Made by a program: the position numbers and the translations under genes | Assembly (NCBI GenBank): GCA_049520815.1 | Contig: JBEKPL010000007.1 | Coordinates: 3-64,002, forward strand | Length of the DNA stretch: 64,000 nucleotides | DNA from: Candidatus Limnocylindrales bacterium | GTDB taxonomy: Bacteria; Chloroflexota; Limnocylindria; Limnocylindrales; CSP1-4 | Reading direction: 5' to 3' | Shown here: in pieces, positions 11,425-21,110 of the stretch | Layout: each line of letters begins with the position of its first letter | Position numbering within the stretch: position 1 is the stretch's first letter | The notes under the pieces: generated by a model | Seen by the model: only the letters and a program-made list of their open reading frames with translations | Database searches by the model: none | What the model was told of the DNA's origin: nothing

Positions 11425-11907
11425 ATGAGCACGGCGGAGAGTGTCAGCGCAGCCGAGCTGTCGAGGCTGCCACTGTTCGAGGGCTTGAGCCCGGCCGACC
11501 TCGAGGCGCTTGCGCGATCCTCGGTGCGACGCGTGCTGGCCGACGGGGAGACTCTCGTGGAGCTGGGGGCGCCCATCTCGGAGGTTCACTGGCTCGAAAA
11601 GGGCGGGCTGGCCCTGCGCGTTCGACACGAACATCGCTGGGTCCTCGTTTCGACCCTGCACGCGGGCGACCTGCTCGGCTGGTCGGCCCTGCGCGAAGAC
11701 CCCAAGGCCCTCTCGACCGCGCGCGCGATAGGTCCGGCGGTCGTGGTCTCCGTGCCGGCCTCCGGACTGCTGGCCCTGCTCAGCGGCGGATCCGTTCAGT
11801 CGGAGTTGCTGTTGAAGCGGCTGTTCGGCATCGCCACTCATCACCTCGACGAGAGCCGGGCTCAGCTTCTCCAGCTGGGACGCGAAGGGGTCATCTCTAC
11901 GGGCTGA
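11425..11907 (+). CDS. cyclic-nucleotide-binding domain protein (no DNA-binding domain)
   Basis: LPLFEGLSPADLEALARS...GDLLGWSAL matches the cNMP-binding fold pattern. Start set at ATG 11425 (MSTAESV). Confidence 0.75.
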   Translation: MSTAESVSAAELSRLPLFEGLSPADLEALARSSVRRVLADGETLVELGAPISEVHWLEKGGLALRVRHEHRWVLVSTLHAGDLLGWSALREDPKALSTARAIGPAVVVSVPASGLLALLSGGSVQSELLLKRLFGIATHHLDESRAQLLQLGREGVISTG

Positions 11908-11951
11908 GCGACCGGACGCCGCACTGAGCCGGCTTCCCATCCCGGGCGGTG

Positions 11952-12656
11952 CTAGCGGCGAGCCGCCCTCGCCAGCGCCTGCACGTCCGGCACGACGATG
12001 CTGTCGCGCTCGAACCGCAGCAGGCCGTCTTCCTCGAACTCGCGGAGTAGCTTGTTTACGCTCTGCCGGGTAGCTCCGATCATGGCCGCGAGATCGCTCT
12101 GGGTGAGGGGTGCGTCGAGCCGGATCGAGCCGTTCGGTAGTGCTTCACCGTTCTCCTCCGCCAACCGTGCCAGCCGTGCCGCAAGCCGGCCCGTCAGGTC
12201 GAGGAAGTGCAGCTCGGCGACATGAGTCGTCAGGCGCCGCAACTCCCTGACGAGCGCCGTCAGGAGAGCGTCTCGAATCGCCGGCTCCGTATTGGCCAGG
12301 GCTCGGAACTGATCGCGTGGCAGCGCCAGCGTATCCGTGGCTTCCAGGGCGATCGCACTGGCCGAGCGCGGCGCTCCATCGAGCAACGCCAGCTCGCCCA
12401 GGAAATCGCCGCGTCTGAGAGTGGCAAGGATCGCCTCCTCACCCTCGTCCGATGGCACGACGACTTTGATGGCGCCCGAGGCAACGATGAACAGGGCATC
12501 GCCAGGATCGCCTTCGTGGAACAGGACCTCGCCACGGCGGAAGTGGCGAACCCTGAGCGTTCGAGCGATGGCCTGCAAGGTTTCGGGACCCAGACCCGAG
12601 AAGAGACGGCAGCGCCCCAGTGCCTCGAGGGCGAATTCGGATTGCAGCATGGCCAC
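11952..12656 (-). CDS. Crp/Fnr family transcriptional regulator
   Basis: cNMP-binding domain (RLFSGLGPETLQAIA...GDFLGELALLDG.PRSASA) plus a C-terminal HTH (LTQSDLAAMIGATRQSVNKLLREFE). Confidence 0.9.
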   Translation of the reverse strand: MAMLQSEFALEALGRCRLFSGLGPETLQAIARTLRVRHFRRGEVLFHEGDPGDALFIVASGAIKVVVPSDEGEEAILATLRRGDFLGELALLDGAPRSASAIALEATDTLALPRDQFRALANTEPAIRDALLTALVRELRRLTTHVAELHFLDLTGRLAARLARLAEENGEALPNGSIRLDAPLTQSDLAAMIGATRQSVNKLLREFEEDGLLRFERDSIVVPDVQALARAARR

Positions 12657-12776
12657 ATCCTAGACGGCGGCGCCGCCGCAGGAGAAGGTGATCGGTCAGG
12701 CCGCGATTCGGCGCGGGCCGCCCTCGGATCGCCACCCAGGCCTGTCCGCGACCCGCCCGGGCCTTAGGATTGGGGC

Positions 12777-13958
12777 ATGGACAGAGTGAAATCCTGGTTT
12801 GCGTCTCGCCCGCTCCTTGCCGCCGGGCTGGGCCTGCTCGCCGTGGCCGCCACCTCGCTGGTCGTCACGCTGGGCCTTGCGTCCGCGCTCGCCGGCGGGA
12901 ATCCCGCCGCCACGGCCGGGGCCTCGCCCGATGCGACGCCGTCCATTTCGGCCGCGGCGTCCACCTCGGACAGATCGCCCGGCCCAGCACCCACACCATC
13001 GAATACGCCCGAGCCTACGGCCTCGCCCACTCCTACGCCGGCCCCCACCCTGCCGCAGCTCCCGGCGCTCCTGGGGGCCATCGGCGACTCGTACAGCCAG
13101 GCCTTCAACGTCGCAGCCGCCTACCCGCGCGATCACCCTCAGTTCTCATGGGTGATCGGCACCGCCAAGAACGACGGCGTCTTCAGCCTGGCCGAGCGAT
13201 TCAGCGCCCTGGGACGCGCTCCCGTGCTGGTGGATGCCGCAACCTCCGGCCGGATGATGAACGACGCGCCACGGCAGGCTAGGGCGGTCGTGGCGGCAGC
13301 CGGGAAGCTCTCGTCGGGTCAGACTGCGTACGTCACCTTCGAACTCGGCACCAACGACCTGTGCGTCGACTCCATGACCGACCCATCGGCATTCGAGGCC
13401 GACCTGCGCTCGGCCGTCTCGATCCTGCGGGCCGGGCTGCCCGCAGGCAGCCGCATACTGATGATGTCGGTCCCCGACTTCAGCCACTTCCGAGACATCA
13501 CCCAGCTTGACCCGAAGGCCAAGGCGTTCCTGGCCATCCCTCGCGTCTCGAACAACTGCCCCCCCTTCCTGGGAGAGAACGGCACCACCACGCTGGACCA
13601 GGCGGAAACCTATCTACGGCTGTACGACGCGAGCCTGACGAGGGTCTGCGATGAGATCGCCGCCACCGATGCCCCGACCGGCAAGCTCTACTGCACCTCC
13701 AGCCAGTCGCGCCTTTCCCTGAGCGACTTCACCGTTGCCGACCTGAGCACGGTCGACTACTTCCATCCCTCGATCAGGGGTCAGGCCAAGATTGCCGACG
13801 CGGCCTGGGCAGCCGACATCTGGAGCGCAGTGCCGCTGCCCTCCGGAGCGGCGGCCGTTGAGCCGGCCGGAGGAGGCATGGGCGCTACGATGCCTGTGGC
13901 CGGACCCGCCATGGTCCTGCCGTTGATCGGGTCGAAAGCGACTCGCCGGCGGGGCTAG
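12777..13958 (+). CDS. secreted SGNH/GDSL-family hydrolase
   Basis: Signal or TM segment, a Pro/Thr/Ser-rich linker, block I (GDSYS) and block III (GTNDL). Confidence 0.8.
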   Translation: MDRVKSWFASRPLLAAGLGLLAVAATSLVVTLGLASALAGGNPAATAGASPDATPSISAAASTSDRSPGPAPTPSNTPEPTASPTPTPAPTLPQLPALLGAIGDSYSQAFNVAAAYPRDHPQFSWVIGTAKNDGVFSLAERFSALGRAPVLVDAATSGRMMNDAPRQARAVVAAAGKLSSGQTAYVTFELGTNDLCVDSMTDPSAFEADLRSAVSILRAGLPAGSRILMMSVPDFSHFRDITQLDPKAKAFLAIPRVSNNCPPFLGENGTTTLDQAETYLRLYDASLTRVCDEIAATDAPTGKLYCTSSQSRLSLSDFTVADLSTVDYFHPSIRGQAKIADAAWAADIWSAVPLPSGAAAVEPAGGGMGATMPVAGPAMVLPLIGSKATRRRG

Positions 13959-16018
13959 GGAACGGCCGGAGCCGCCTCTCCCCGGAGCTCGGCAGCGGTG
14001 CGCAGGAACGCCTCTGCCTCTGCTACCGCTCCGACCGCGGCGGCTTCCCGGGCAGCCTGTTCGAGCAACGGCAGGGCCCGCTCGATATCGCCGGCGGCGA
14101 CCCGGTGGCGCGCCAGTTCGGCGGCACCAACCCGTGGCTCCACGGTCTCGAGCTGATCCGCCAGCTCGGCGTGCAGCTGCCGTCGCCGGCCGGCCAGCAG
14201 GCGTCCATAGGCCGCGTCGAGGAAGAGCTGGTGGCGGAACCGCCACTGATCCGTGACCGCGCCGATCTCCTCGGCCTGAGTCACGATTCCGGCCTCGGCC
14301 AGCTGACGGAGATTCTCCGTCTGCGTACCGCCGCACAAAGCGCACATGAGCGGCTCCGAGAACGTCATGCCGATGACGGCGGCGACCTCCAGGGCCCTTC
14401 GGGGCGCGGGCGGCAGAGCGTCGATGCGGGCGCCGAGCAGTGCTCGCAAACTGAGCGGCACGCCTCGCCTGGCCGCGCCACGATCGATCCGCAATCGCTC
14501 ACCGACCTGCTCGAGCCAGCCGGTTTCACTCAGGGTCCGCATGATCTCGCCAACGAAGAGCGCATTCCCGGCCGTCCGCTGGTATAGCCAGTGGGCGGAC
14601 TCCGATTCCAGGGCGGCACCGGCGACGGCCGCGCCAAGCTCCTCCGTGGCAGCCTCGTCGAGGCCGCCCAGATCGATCAACTCGACGTGAGGCAAGCTCG
14701 TCCACGCCGGAGTGGCGGGCGGTCTCGAGCCCGTCAGGATGACCAGCGGCAGGTCGGCGGCCATGCAAATCATGTGGTCCATCAGCTGCCGGCTCGAAGG
14801 GTCCATCCAGTGGAAGTCGTCTATCACGATGCAGCGCGGCTGCTCGGCAACCATCCGGGTGACCCAGAATTCGGTGACGAGCTGTAGCCCGGCCGCTAGC
14901 TCGGCAGCATCCGCAAGACCCACGAGCGCCGGCTCCCAGCCCTCCTCCGCCAGCAGCGTCATCTCGGAATCGCGGGCCATCACGGCGATCGCCCCCAGCA
15001 TCAGACGCGCCTTTTCCGGATCCATACTGGGTGCCACGTCCGCCCCGAAGAGTAGCCGGCGAGCGATAAGGCCTGCTTGGACCCCCTCTTCGTCGGCCAG
15101 CCAGTCGGCCATGCCGCGGGCAGCCCGATATGGCATCTCCATGCCATGGGGCGCGTTGTCGAGCCACATCCAGGCGAAGCCCGCGGCCCGGGCATCATCT
15201 TCCATCTCGGACAGTAGCCGGGACTTGCCGATCCCTGGCTCGCCACGCACGAGCACGGCCCCGCCGCGCCCGGTCTGAGCTGCACGGCGCAGCAGATCGG
15301 TAAGGCGCGCCTTCTCGGCATCCCGACCGATCAGCGGGGCCGCCCGCCGGCAGGGGTGGCTGACGATACGGCGCTCGCTTCGGAGGCGATGCACCGCGAC
15401 CGCGCGACTCTGCCCTCGGAGAAGGCTTTCGCCGACATGCTCCACGCTGATGCGCGTTTCCACGGCCGAGGCGGTCGCGCCGTCGAGCAGGATCTCGTCA
15501 GGCTCGGCCATCTGCTGGAGCCGCACCGCGGTCGTCATGGGATCGCCCGTCAGAGCCAGAGACCGCGTTCCCGCCAGCTCCCTGACGGCCGCGACCACCT
15601 CTCCGGTGGCGATCCCGATCCTCAGCTTCAGCGGCCGATCGCGCCCGATGGCCCTGCGGGCCAGCGCGGCCTGCATCTCCAGGGCGCATAGGCAGGACCG
15701 CAGGGCATCGTCGTCGTGGGCCACGGGGGCGCCGAAGACGGCCAGGACGGCATCCCCGACGAACTTCTCGAGCGAGCCGCCGAAGCGGACGACAGCCTGG
15801 CCCAGGAGACCAAGGGCGCCGTCGACGCGCGCTCGAACCTCCTCCGGGTCGAGCTCATCGACGAGCCGTGTGTACCCGACCAGATCGGCGAACAGAGCGC
15901 TCACGACGCGCCGGTCGCCGGCGGTCAGCCCGTCCGTCAACGCGCCCAGTCTCCGACCGCACTGGTAACAGAAACGGGCGCCCGGAGCGGTCGGCGAACC
16001 GCAATCAGGACAGGGCAT
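13955..16018 (-). CDS. class III adenylate/guanylate cyclase fused to an AAA/STAND ATPase and a TPR-like C-terminus
   Basis: N-terminal zinc ribbon (CPDCGSPTAPGARFCYQCG), cyclase core (VVSALFADLVGYT...KFVGDAVLAVFGAP...IGIATGEVV) and a P-loop (GEPGIGKS). Confidence 0.85.
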   Translation of the reverse strand: MPCPDCGSPTAPGARFCYQCGRRLGALTDGLTAGDRRVVSALFADLVGYTRLVDELDPEEVRARVDGALGLLGQAVVRFGGSLEKFVGDAVLAVFGAPVAHDDDALRSCLCALEMQAALARRAIGRDRPLKLRIGIATGEVVAAVRELAGTRSLALTGDPMTTAVRLQQMAEPDEILLDGATASAVETRISVEHVGESLLRGQSRAVAVHRLRSERRIVSHPCRRAAPLIGRDAEKARLTDLLRRAAQTGRGGAVLVRGEPGIGKSRLLSEMEDDARAAGFAWMWLDNAPHGMEMPYRAARGMADWLADEEGVQAGLIARRLLFGADVAPSMDPEKARLMLGAIAVMARDSEMTLLAEEGWEPALVGLADAAELAAGLQLVTEFWVTRMVAEQPRCIVIDDFHWMDPSSRQLMDHMICMAADLPLVILTGSRPPATPAWTSLPHVELIDLGGLDEAATEELGAAVAGAALESESAHWLYQRTAGNALFVGEIMRTLSETGWLEQVGERLRIDRGAARRGVPLSLRALLGARIDALPPAPRRALEVAAVIGMTFSEPLMCALCGGTQTENLRQLAEAGIVTQAEEIGAVTDQWRFRHQLFLDAAYGRLLAGRRRQLHAELADQLETVEPRVGAAELARHRVAAGDIERALPLLEQAAREAAAVGAVAEAEAFLRTAAELRGEAAPAVP

Positions 16019-16157
16019 CGGGACCTCCTCGGGACAACCGAATACTAGCCCGAGCCGAGGCCGTTCGACGGCCGCCGTCGCAACCTACTTGATCAGTCGG
16101 TTCAGAATGCGACGAACTCACGCCGGCCAATGGGCACCGGCGATGCCCCTCGCCCCT

Positions 16158-17249
16158 TCAGGAAACCGTGAGGATCGGCTGCTTGCGCGCGGCCTGAATG
16201 CTGACCTTCCCGGCGATCGCCCGGGCGACGTGCTCGAGGGCCTTGACCGCGGGTCCCGCCTGGCTCTGAGCCACGGCCGGCACGCCGACATCCGCGCCCT
16301 GGCGGACGGTCACGTCGAGCGGGACCCCGCCGAGGAAGTCGATGCCGTTCTCGACGGCGAAGCGCTCGCCGCCGCCACGGCCGAAGATGTCGGTCACCTC
16401 GCCACAGTGAGCGCACACGAAGCCCGACATGTTCTCGACGAGGCCCAGGATCGGCACGCTGACACGCTTGAACATCGCCATCGCCTTGGCCACATCCGCG
16501 AGAGCCACCTGCTGCGGTGTGGTAACCAGCACCGCGCCGGTGAGCGGCACGGACTGCGCCAGCGTCAGCTGCGCATCGGATGTGCCGGGCGGCAGGTCCA
16601 CGACCAGATAGTCGAGGTCGCCCCACTCCACGTCCCGCAGAAACTGCTGGATGGCGCCTCCTACCAGCGGCCCGCGCCACACGACCGGCTGGCCTTCGGG
16701 CAGGAAGAACTGGATGGAGATCACCTTGACCCCGTACGCCTCGATCGGGGTGATCTTGCCGTTGGCGCTGGCCACGGGCTGACCCTCGGCGCCGATCATC
16801 ATCGGAATGTTGGGCCCGGTGATGTCGGCATCGAGCAGGCCGACCGAGGCGCCGGCCCGGGCCAGCGCCACGGCCAGGTTCACGCTCACCGTCGTCTTGC
16901 CGACCCCGCCCTTGCCGGACGCCACCGCCACGATGTTCTTCACGCCCGGCAGCATCTGCGGCGCCGTCGGAGTGGAACGTCGAACCGTGGCGCCCCAACC
17001 GACCTCGATCTCCCGTGCCCCGATCGGCTTGAGAGCCGCCTCGACCCGAGCCTGAATCTCGTCCTTGAGTGGACAGGCCGGGGTCGTCAGCTCGATCGTG
17101 AAGGCGACCCTGGCGCCATCGATCACAAGGTCCTTGATCATGTTTCGGGCGACGAGATTGCCCCCGAGCTCCGGCTCCTGGACGGTAGCCAGAGCCTTGA
17201 GAACGGCATCTTCGGTCAGGGTCGGCATGTCTGGTGACTTCCTCGACAC
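16158..17249 (-). CDS. Mrp/NBP35 (ApbC) family iron-sulfur cluster carrier ATPase
   Basis: N-terminal DUF59-like domain, deviant Walker A (ASGKGGVGKTT) and the CxxC motif (FVCAHCGE). Confidence 0.93.
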   Translation of the reverse strand: MSRKSPDMPTLTEDAVLKALATVQEPELGGNLVARNMIKDLVIDGARVAFTIELTTPACPLKDEIQARVEAALKPIGAREIEVGWGATVRRSTPTAPQMLPGVKNIVAVASGKGGVGKTTVSVNLAVALARAGASVGLLDADITGPNIPMMIGAEGQPVASANGKITPIEAYGVKVISIQFFLPEGQPVVWRGPLVGGAIQQFLRDVEWGDLDYLVVDLPPGTSDAQLTLAQSVPLTGAVLVTTPQQVALADVAKAMAMFKRVSVPILGLVENMSGFVCAHCGEVTDIFGRGGGERFAVENGIDFLGGVPLDVTVRQGADVGVPAVAQSQAGPAVKALEHVARAIAGKVSIQAARKQPILTVS

Positions 17250-17332
17250 GTGGCTTCGGCGCGCCCGGCGGCCGGCGCGACTCCGACCGATATCCTACGG
17301 CTTTGGTCGGGTTTCGTCTCCGACGGCTCGAT

Positions 17333-17770
17333 CTACTGGACGCAGAACTCGTTCCCCTCGGGGTCGTTCATGCGGACCCAGAACTCGCCGTCCTGCTCGA
17401 TCGCACCCCGATGATCGTCGGCGCCCAGTGTCCTGAGCCGCTCCACTTCGGCATAGACGTGGAGCTTGCGCTCCTCAAAGGGCACGTCCCGCCCGCCGCC
17501 TACGTTCAGGTCGAGGTGCATCCTGTTCTTGGCGACCTTCCCCTCGGGCACGCGCTGGAAGTAAAGGCGGGGCCCGAGATCGTCGGGATCTTCGACCGCC
17601 GCCCAATCGTTCCAGTTCTCCTGAGCGATGCCCTGGGCGCGCGCCCAATCCTCCCAGGTGCCGAATCCGTCTGGGGGATCAGGGAACCGGTAGTGGAGTG
17701 CCTTCGCCCAGAACTCGGCCTGTCTTCGGGGATCGGCGCAATCGAAAGTGACCTGGACGCTGGTTGCCAT
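17333..17770 (-). CDS. VOC/glyoxalase-like domain protein
   Basis: Starting at MATSVQ (ATG 17770): VTFDCADPRRQAEFWAKAL...RMHLDL...DPEGNEFCV, typical of this family. The longer 252-aa ORF extension is Arg/Gly-rich and looks non-coding. Confidence 0.75.
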   Translation of the reverse strand: MATSVQVTFDCADPRRQAEFWAKALHYRFPDPPDGFGTWEDWARAQGIAQENWNDWAAVEDPDDLGPRLYFQRVPEGKVAKNRMHLDLNVGGGRDVPFEERKLHVYAEVERLRTLGADDHRGAIEQDGEFWVRMNDPEGNEFCVQ

Positions 17771-18018
17771 CGACGTCTCCTCGCTACTCGACGACGTCAG
17801 TCTCGCAGCATTGTTGCCGGAAAGGGTCGGGAAGACCCGTCGTCGCGACGTGCGGCCATCTCCCCATCGGCGCGGCGAGCGGCCGCTCCGAACCGGTCGC
17901 CGGGCAGCGCCGGCGGGGCGCGACGCATCGACCGCCACGTCCGTCGGGGGCTCGTGAGCATCCGAACCGCCGCCAGCCACACGTCCAGGATGATCGCCGC
18001 ACAGCGGAAGATCACCGT

Positions 18019-19275
18019 CTAGGCTCCGCGGCGATCCGCCACGATCCGGCCGCCCTGCATAACGAACACGATCCGGGCGGGATCGCGCCACAGCTCCGGC
18101 TCGGCCAGCGGGTCGCCGGAAACCGCGACCAGATCGGCCTGCTTGCCCGCCTCCAGCGTCCCGATCTGGTCGGCCAGGCCGAGCAGCTCGGCAGCCTCGG
18201 TCGTGGCCGCCTGGATCGCCCGGAAGGGCCCGAGCCCGAAGTCGGCCAGGTAGGCCAGCTCGGCCGGCGGGTACATCCCATTGAAGCTGTCCGTGCCCAT
18301 CACGATTCGCACGCCGCGCTCGACGGCATGACGGAAATTGCCCTGCTGGCGCTCGAAGAGGTACCTCATCTTCTCGACGGCCCAGGGAGGAACCTCGCCC
18401 CGAGCCACGCGACCCGGGTCCATGAGCGCGAAGTTGATGTTGAAGGTCGGTACGAGAGGCACGTCCCGTTCGAGCATCAGATCGATACCCTCGTCGTCGA
18501 TCAGGTCGCCGTGCTCGATGCTGGTGATGCCGGCGCGCAGTGCGTTCTTGATGCCGGCCGTTCCCTCAGCGTGAGCGAATGTGCCCTTGATGCCGGCGGC
18601 GTGGGCCTCCTCGACGATGGCGCGGATCTCGTCGATCGTGAACTGGCTGGCGTCCGGCGTGTCCGCGGCCGAGAGAACGCCGCCCGTCGCCATGACCTTG
18701 ATCCAATCTGCGCCGGCCCGGATCTGCAGCCTGGCGGCGCGACGCACGGCGTCCACACCGTCGGCGATCCCGGGTGGAAGGTCGCTCATCTCCGTCTTCA
18801 CGACGATTCCAGAGGGCGTCCAGTCGTCGCCGTGTCCGCCCGTCTGGGAGAGCGGCTGGCAGCTGACCTGGGTACGCGGCCCAGGGAAGGCGCCCGAGGC
18901 GAAGGCACGCTTGATGCCGGCGGGGGTGTAGCCGGCGTCGCGGACCGTGGTCACGCCCGCTTCCAGGAATTCGCGGCCGGTCTGGAGCGCCCGCACGACG
19001 ATGTCGGTGACAGACCGTTGGACCTGATCGTGAAGCGGCTCGAGCTTCACCCACGCCAGATGGACGTGGCAGTCGATGATGCCCGGCAGGACGGTCAAAC
19101 CCGTGAAGTCGATGCGCTCCGCGTCACCGGGTAGTGCCGTCGTTGCGGCAGGGCCGGCCGCGGCGATTCGGCCCTGATCGTCGGTAACCAGGATTCCGTC
19201 GGCTATCCCGTCGGGCGAGCGGCCGTCTAGCAGCCGCGCGCCGATGAAGACGCCGGGTCGGACCGGCGCGGGCAT
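18019..19275 (-). CDS. amidohydrolase family protein (metal-dependent hydrolase)
   Basis: PGIIDCHVHL metal-binding motif, an internal HAEG and a C-terminal ADLVAVSGDPL motif. Confidence 0.88.
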   Translation of the reverse strand: MPAPVRPGVFIGARLLDGRSPDGIADGILVTDDQGRIAAAGPAATTALPGDAERIDFTGLTVLPGIIDCHVHLAWVKLEPLHDQVQRSVTDIVVRALQTGREFLEAGVTTVRDAGYTPAGIKRAFASGAFPGPRTQVSCQPLSQTGGHGDDWTPSGIVVKTEMSDLPPGIADGVDAVRRAARLQIRAGADWIKVMATGGVLSAADTPDASQFTIDEIRAIVEEAHAAGIKGTFAHAEGTAGIKNALRAGITSIEHGDLIDDEGIDLMLERDVPLVPTFNINFALMDPGRVARGEVPPWAVEKMRYLFERQQGNFRHAVERGVRIVMGTDSFNGMYPPAELAYLADFGLGPFRAIQAATTEAAELLGLADQIGTLEAGKQADLVAVSGDPLAEPELWRDPARIVFVMQGGRIVADRRGA

Positions 19276-19354
19276 CGCTTCCTCCGAATTCGAACGGGTC
19301 AGGACCGCCCGAACCGCTGCCCCGGGCGGCCGCCTGATCGCCTTGCCGGCGTTC

Positions 19355-19435
19355 CTATGCGCCCTTGGCGGGCGGCTGCGGCTTGGGCTTCGGCTTCTTC
19401 ACCTTTGGCGGTCGCTTGGGGGTCTTGTCGCCCAT
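19355..19435 (-). CDS. candidate 26-aa Lys/Pro-rich small protein
   Basis: GGAGG lies 7 nt upstream of the ATG. The peptide is MGDKTPKRPPKVKKPKPKPQPPAKGA. No family recognised. Confidence 0.25.
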   Translation of the reverse strand: MGDKTPKRPPKVKKPKPKPQPPAKGA

Positions 19436-19583
19436 CGTTCAGCCTCCATGCTTGCGGGCTCGCCGGTCGGTCCGCCCGACTTGGGCCAGGGATAGCGTTC
19501 CACCTTCCGGGAACGACCCCGAGTCTAGCCGGGTCGGCGAGCCGATGACAGGCCCCCTAACAACAGTTGTCGTCTCCGCAGCG

Positions 19584-20384
19584 TCACCGCCGCGATGGGA
19601 CACCCAACGACCGGAGCAGTTCCCGGTGGATCAGACCGTTCGTCGCGACCGCCGACGCCCCGTCGATGCGCCGCTCGCCCGCGGCCGTGGTGAAGAGGCC
19701 ACCGGCCTCCTCGACGATCACGAGTGGCGCGGCCCAGTCCCACGGATGCGCGCCGGTCTCGATCATGGCCTCGGCCGCCCCTTCGGCCACGAGCATGTAG
19801 CCCCAGAAATCTCCGAAGCCTCGCTCTCGCCACGCTGCGGCGAGGGTCGCGTCCAGGCCGGGCATCAAGCCGGACCGCATGTCCGCCGTTCGGCTGCCGT
19901 AGAGGAGCTTGCTCTCGGCGATGGTAGCGATCCGGCTCACGGCGATGCGATCGCTGCCGCGCCAGGCTCCCCCTCCTCGCCACGCGACCCAGCGCTCGCG
20001 CAACGCCGGAGCGCTCACGACGCCGAGCTGCACCTCGCCGCCCACGGCGGCGGCCAGCAACGTGGCGAAGATCGGGATGCCTCGCACGTAGTTGTGAGTG
20101 GCGTCGATGGGATCGACGTACCAGCAGACCGACGCGCCTGCCGCCTCGGTCCCCTCCTCCTCGCCGACAAGCCCGCAGGCCGGATATGCCGCCCGAATGC
20201 GATCGCGCAGCACATGCTCGATCGATCGGTCGACCTCGGTGACGAAGCTCCCGTCGGCCTTCTCCTCGACGCGCAGCTCGCGCCGGAAGCTAGCCATCGA
20301 CAGCCGGTCGGCCTCGTCGCACAGCGCCAGCGCCGTGTCGCGCCAGCGGAGCAGCTCGGTCGGGGAAACAGCAGGCTCTGTCAT
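19584..20384 (-). CDS. inositol monophosphatase family protein (HisN/histidinol-phosphatase-like)
   Basis: GEEEG, WYVDPIDAT.NY and a WDWAA-type motif (HPWDWAAP), characteristic of the IMPase fold. Confidence 0.85.
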   Translation of the reverse strand: MTEPAVSPTELLRWRDTALALCDEADRLSMASFRRELRVEEKADGSFVTEVDRSIEHVLRDRIRAAYPACGLVGEEEGTEAAGASVCWYVDPIDATHNYVRGIPIFATLLAAAVGGEVQLGVVSAPALRERWVAWRGGGAWRGSDRIAVSRIATIAESKLLYGSRTADMRSGLMPGLDATLAAAWRERGFGDFWGYMLVAEGAAEAMIETGAHPWDWAAPLVIVEEAGGLFTTAAGERRIDGASAVATNGLIHRELLRSLGVPSRR

Positions 20385-20535
20385 GAGCTGATCGTAGCGG
20401 GCGGAGCATCGGTCCGGCCGCTCCGTGTGACACTCTAGATGTCACACGCACAGCGGAGACTTCCCTCAGGCGAGTTCGCTCGTGGGTTGAGCGGCCTCGA
20501 CCGCCAGGCTACGGCCAGACTCCGGAGAACCGAAC

Positions 20536-21036
20536 ATGCCCCATCCTCCCCTCGACCAGCTCGAGGCCTTCATCGTCGAGGCCAAACGCCGAACGTACGT
20601 CGGCGACGGCACGCCGGCTGCGCCACTTCGCCCCGGCTCCCACGACCTCGAACACTCGGCCGGCGACTTCACATACCACGACTGCTACTTTGGCGGGACC
20701 GACTTCGTTGGCGAGGAGGTCGTCTGCTGGCGCGGGCGGCCGGTCTGGGCGGAGAACTACTTCGGCCGGGTGATCGAACCGGATCTGATCTCAGCGGAGC
20801 GCGCCGGCCAGGTCATCAAGTCGAGCCTGACGAAGATGTACGAAGAGGACCGGTTTCTGGGCGGCTTCGAGGCCACGGACGGCGACTGCGCGTACCACGA
20901 CACAAGCACCGGCGACGCCACGTGGTTCCAGGGCCGCGAATGGATCGAGCGTGCAGGCCGGACCGCCTACGAGCTCTACTACCACGGCGGCCTGATCCGC
21001 GACCAGGCTGGGCGGGCCGGTCTCGAGGCGCCGTAG
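20536..21036 (+). CDS. conserved hypothetical protein (possibly DUF5680-like)
   Basis: 166-aa ORF containing FTYHDCYFGGTDFVGEEVV..GRPVWAENYFG. The family assignment is from memory only. Confidence 0.55.
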   Translation: MPHPPLDQLEAFIVEAKRRTYVGDGTPAAPLRPGSHDLEHSAGDFTYHDCYFGGTDFVGEEVVCWRGRPVWAENYFGRVIEPDLISAERAGQVIKSSLTKMYEEDRFLGGFEATDGDCAYHDTSTGDATWFQGREWIERAGRTAYELYYHGGLIRDQAGRAGLEAP

Positions 21037-21061
21037 GTGCGCGCACTTCCCGCTAATGAAC

Positions 21062-21090
21062 GAAGGGCGCCCCTTGCGGGAACGCCCTTC
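21062..21090. terminator. hairpin between convergent genes (possible bidirectional terminator)
   Basis: GAAGGGCG-N13-CGCCCTTC, an 8-bp stem between the stops of the 20536..21036 gene and the aldolase gene. There is no clear U tract. Confidence 0.35.
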
Positions 21091-21110
21091 CGAGTCGCGC
21101 TTGAGGAACC

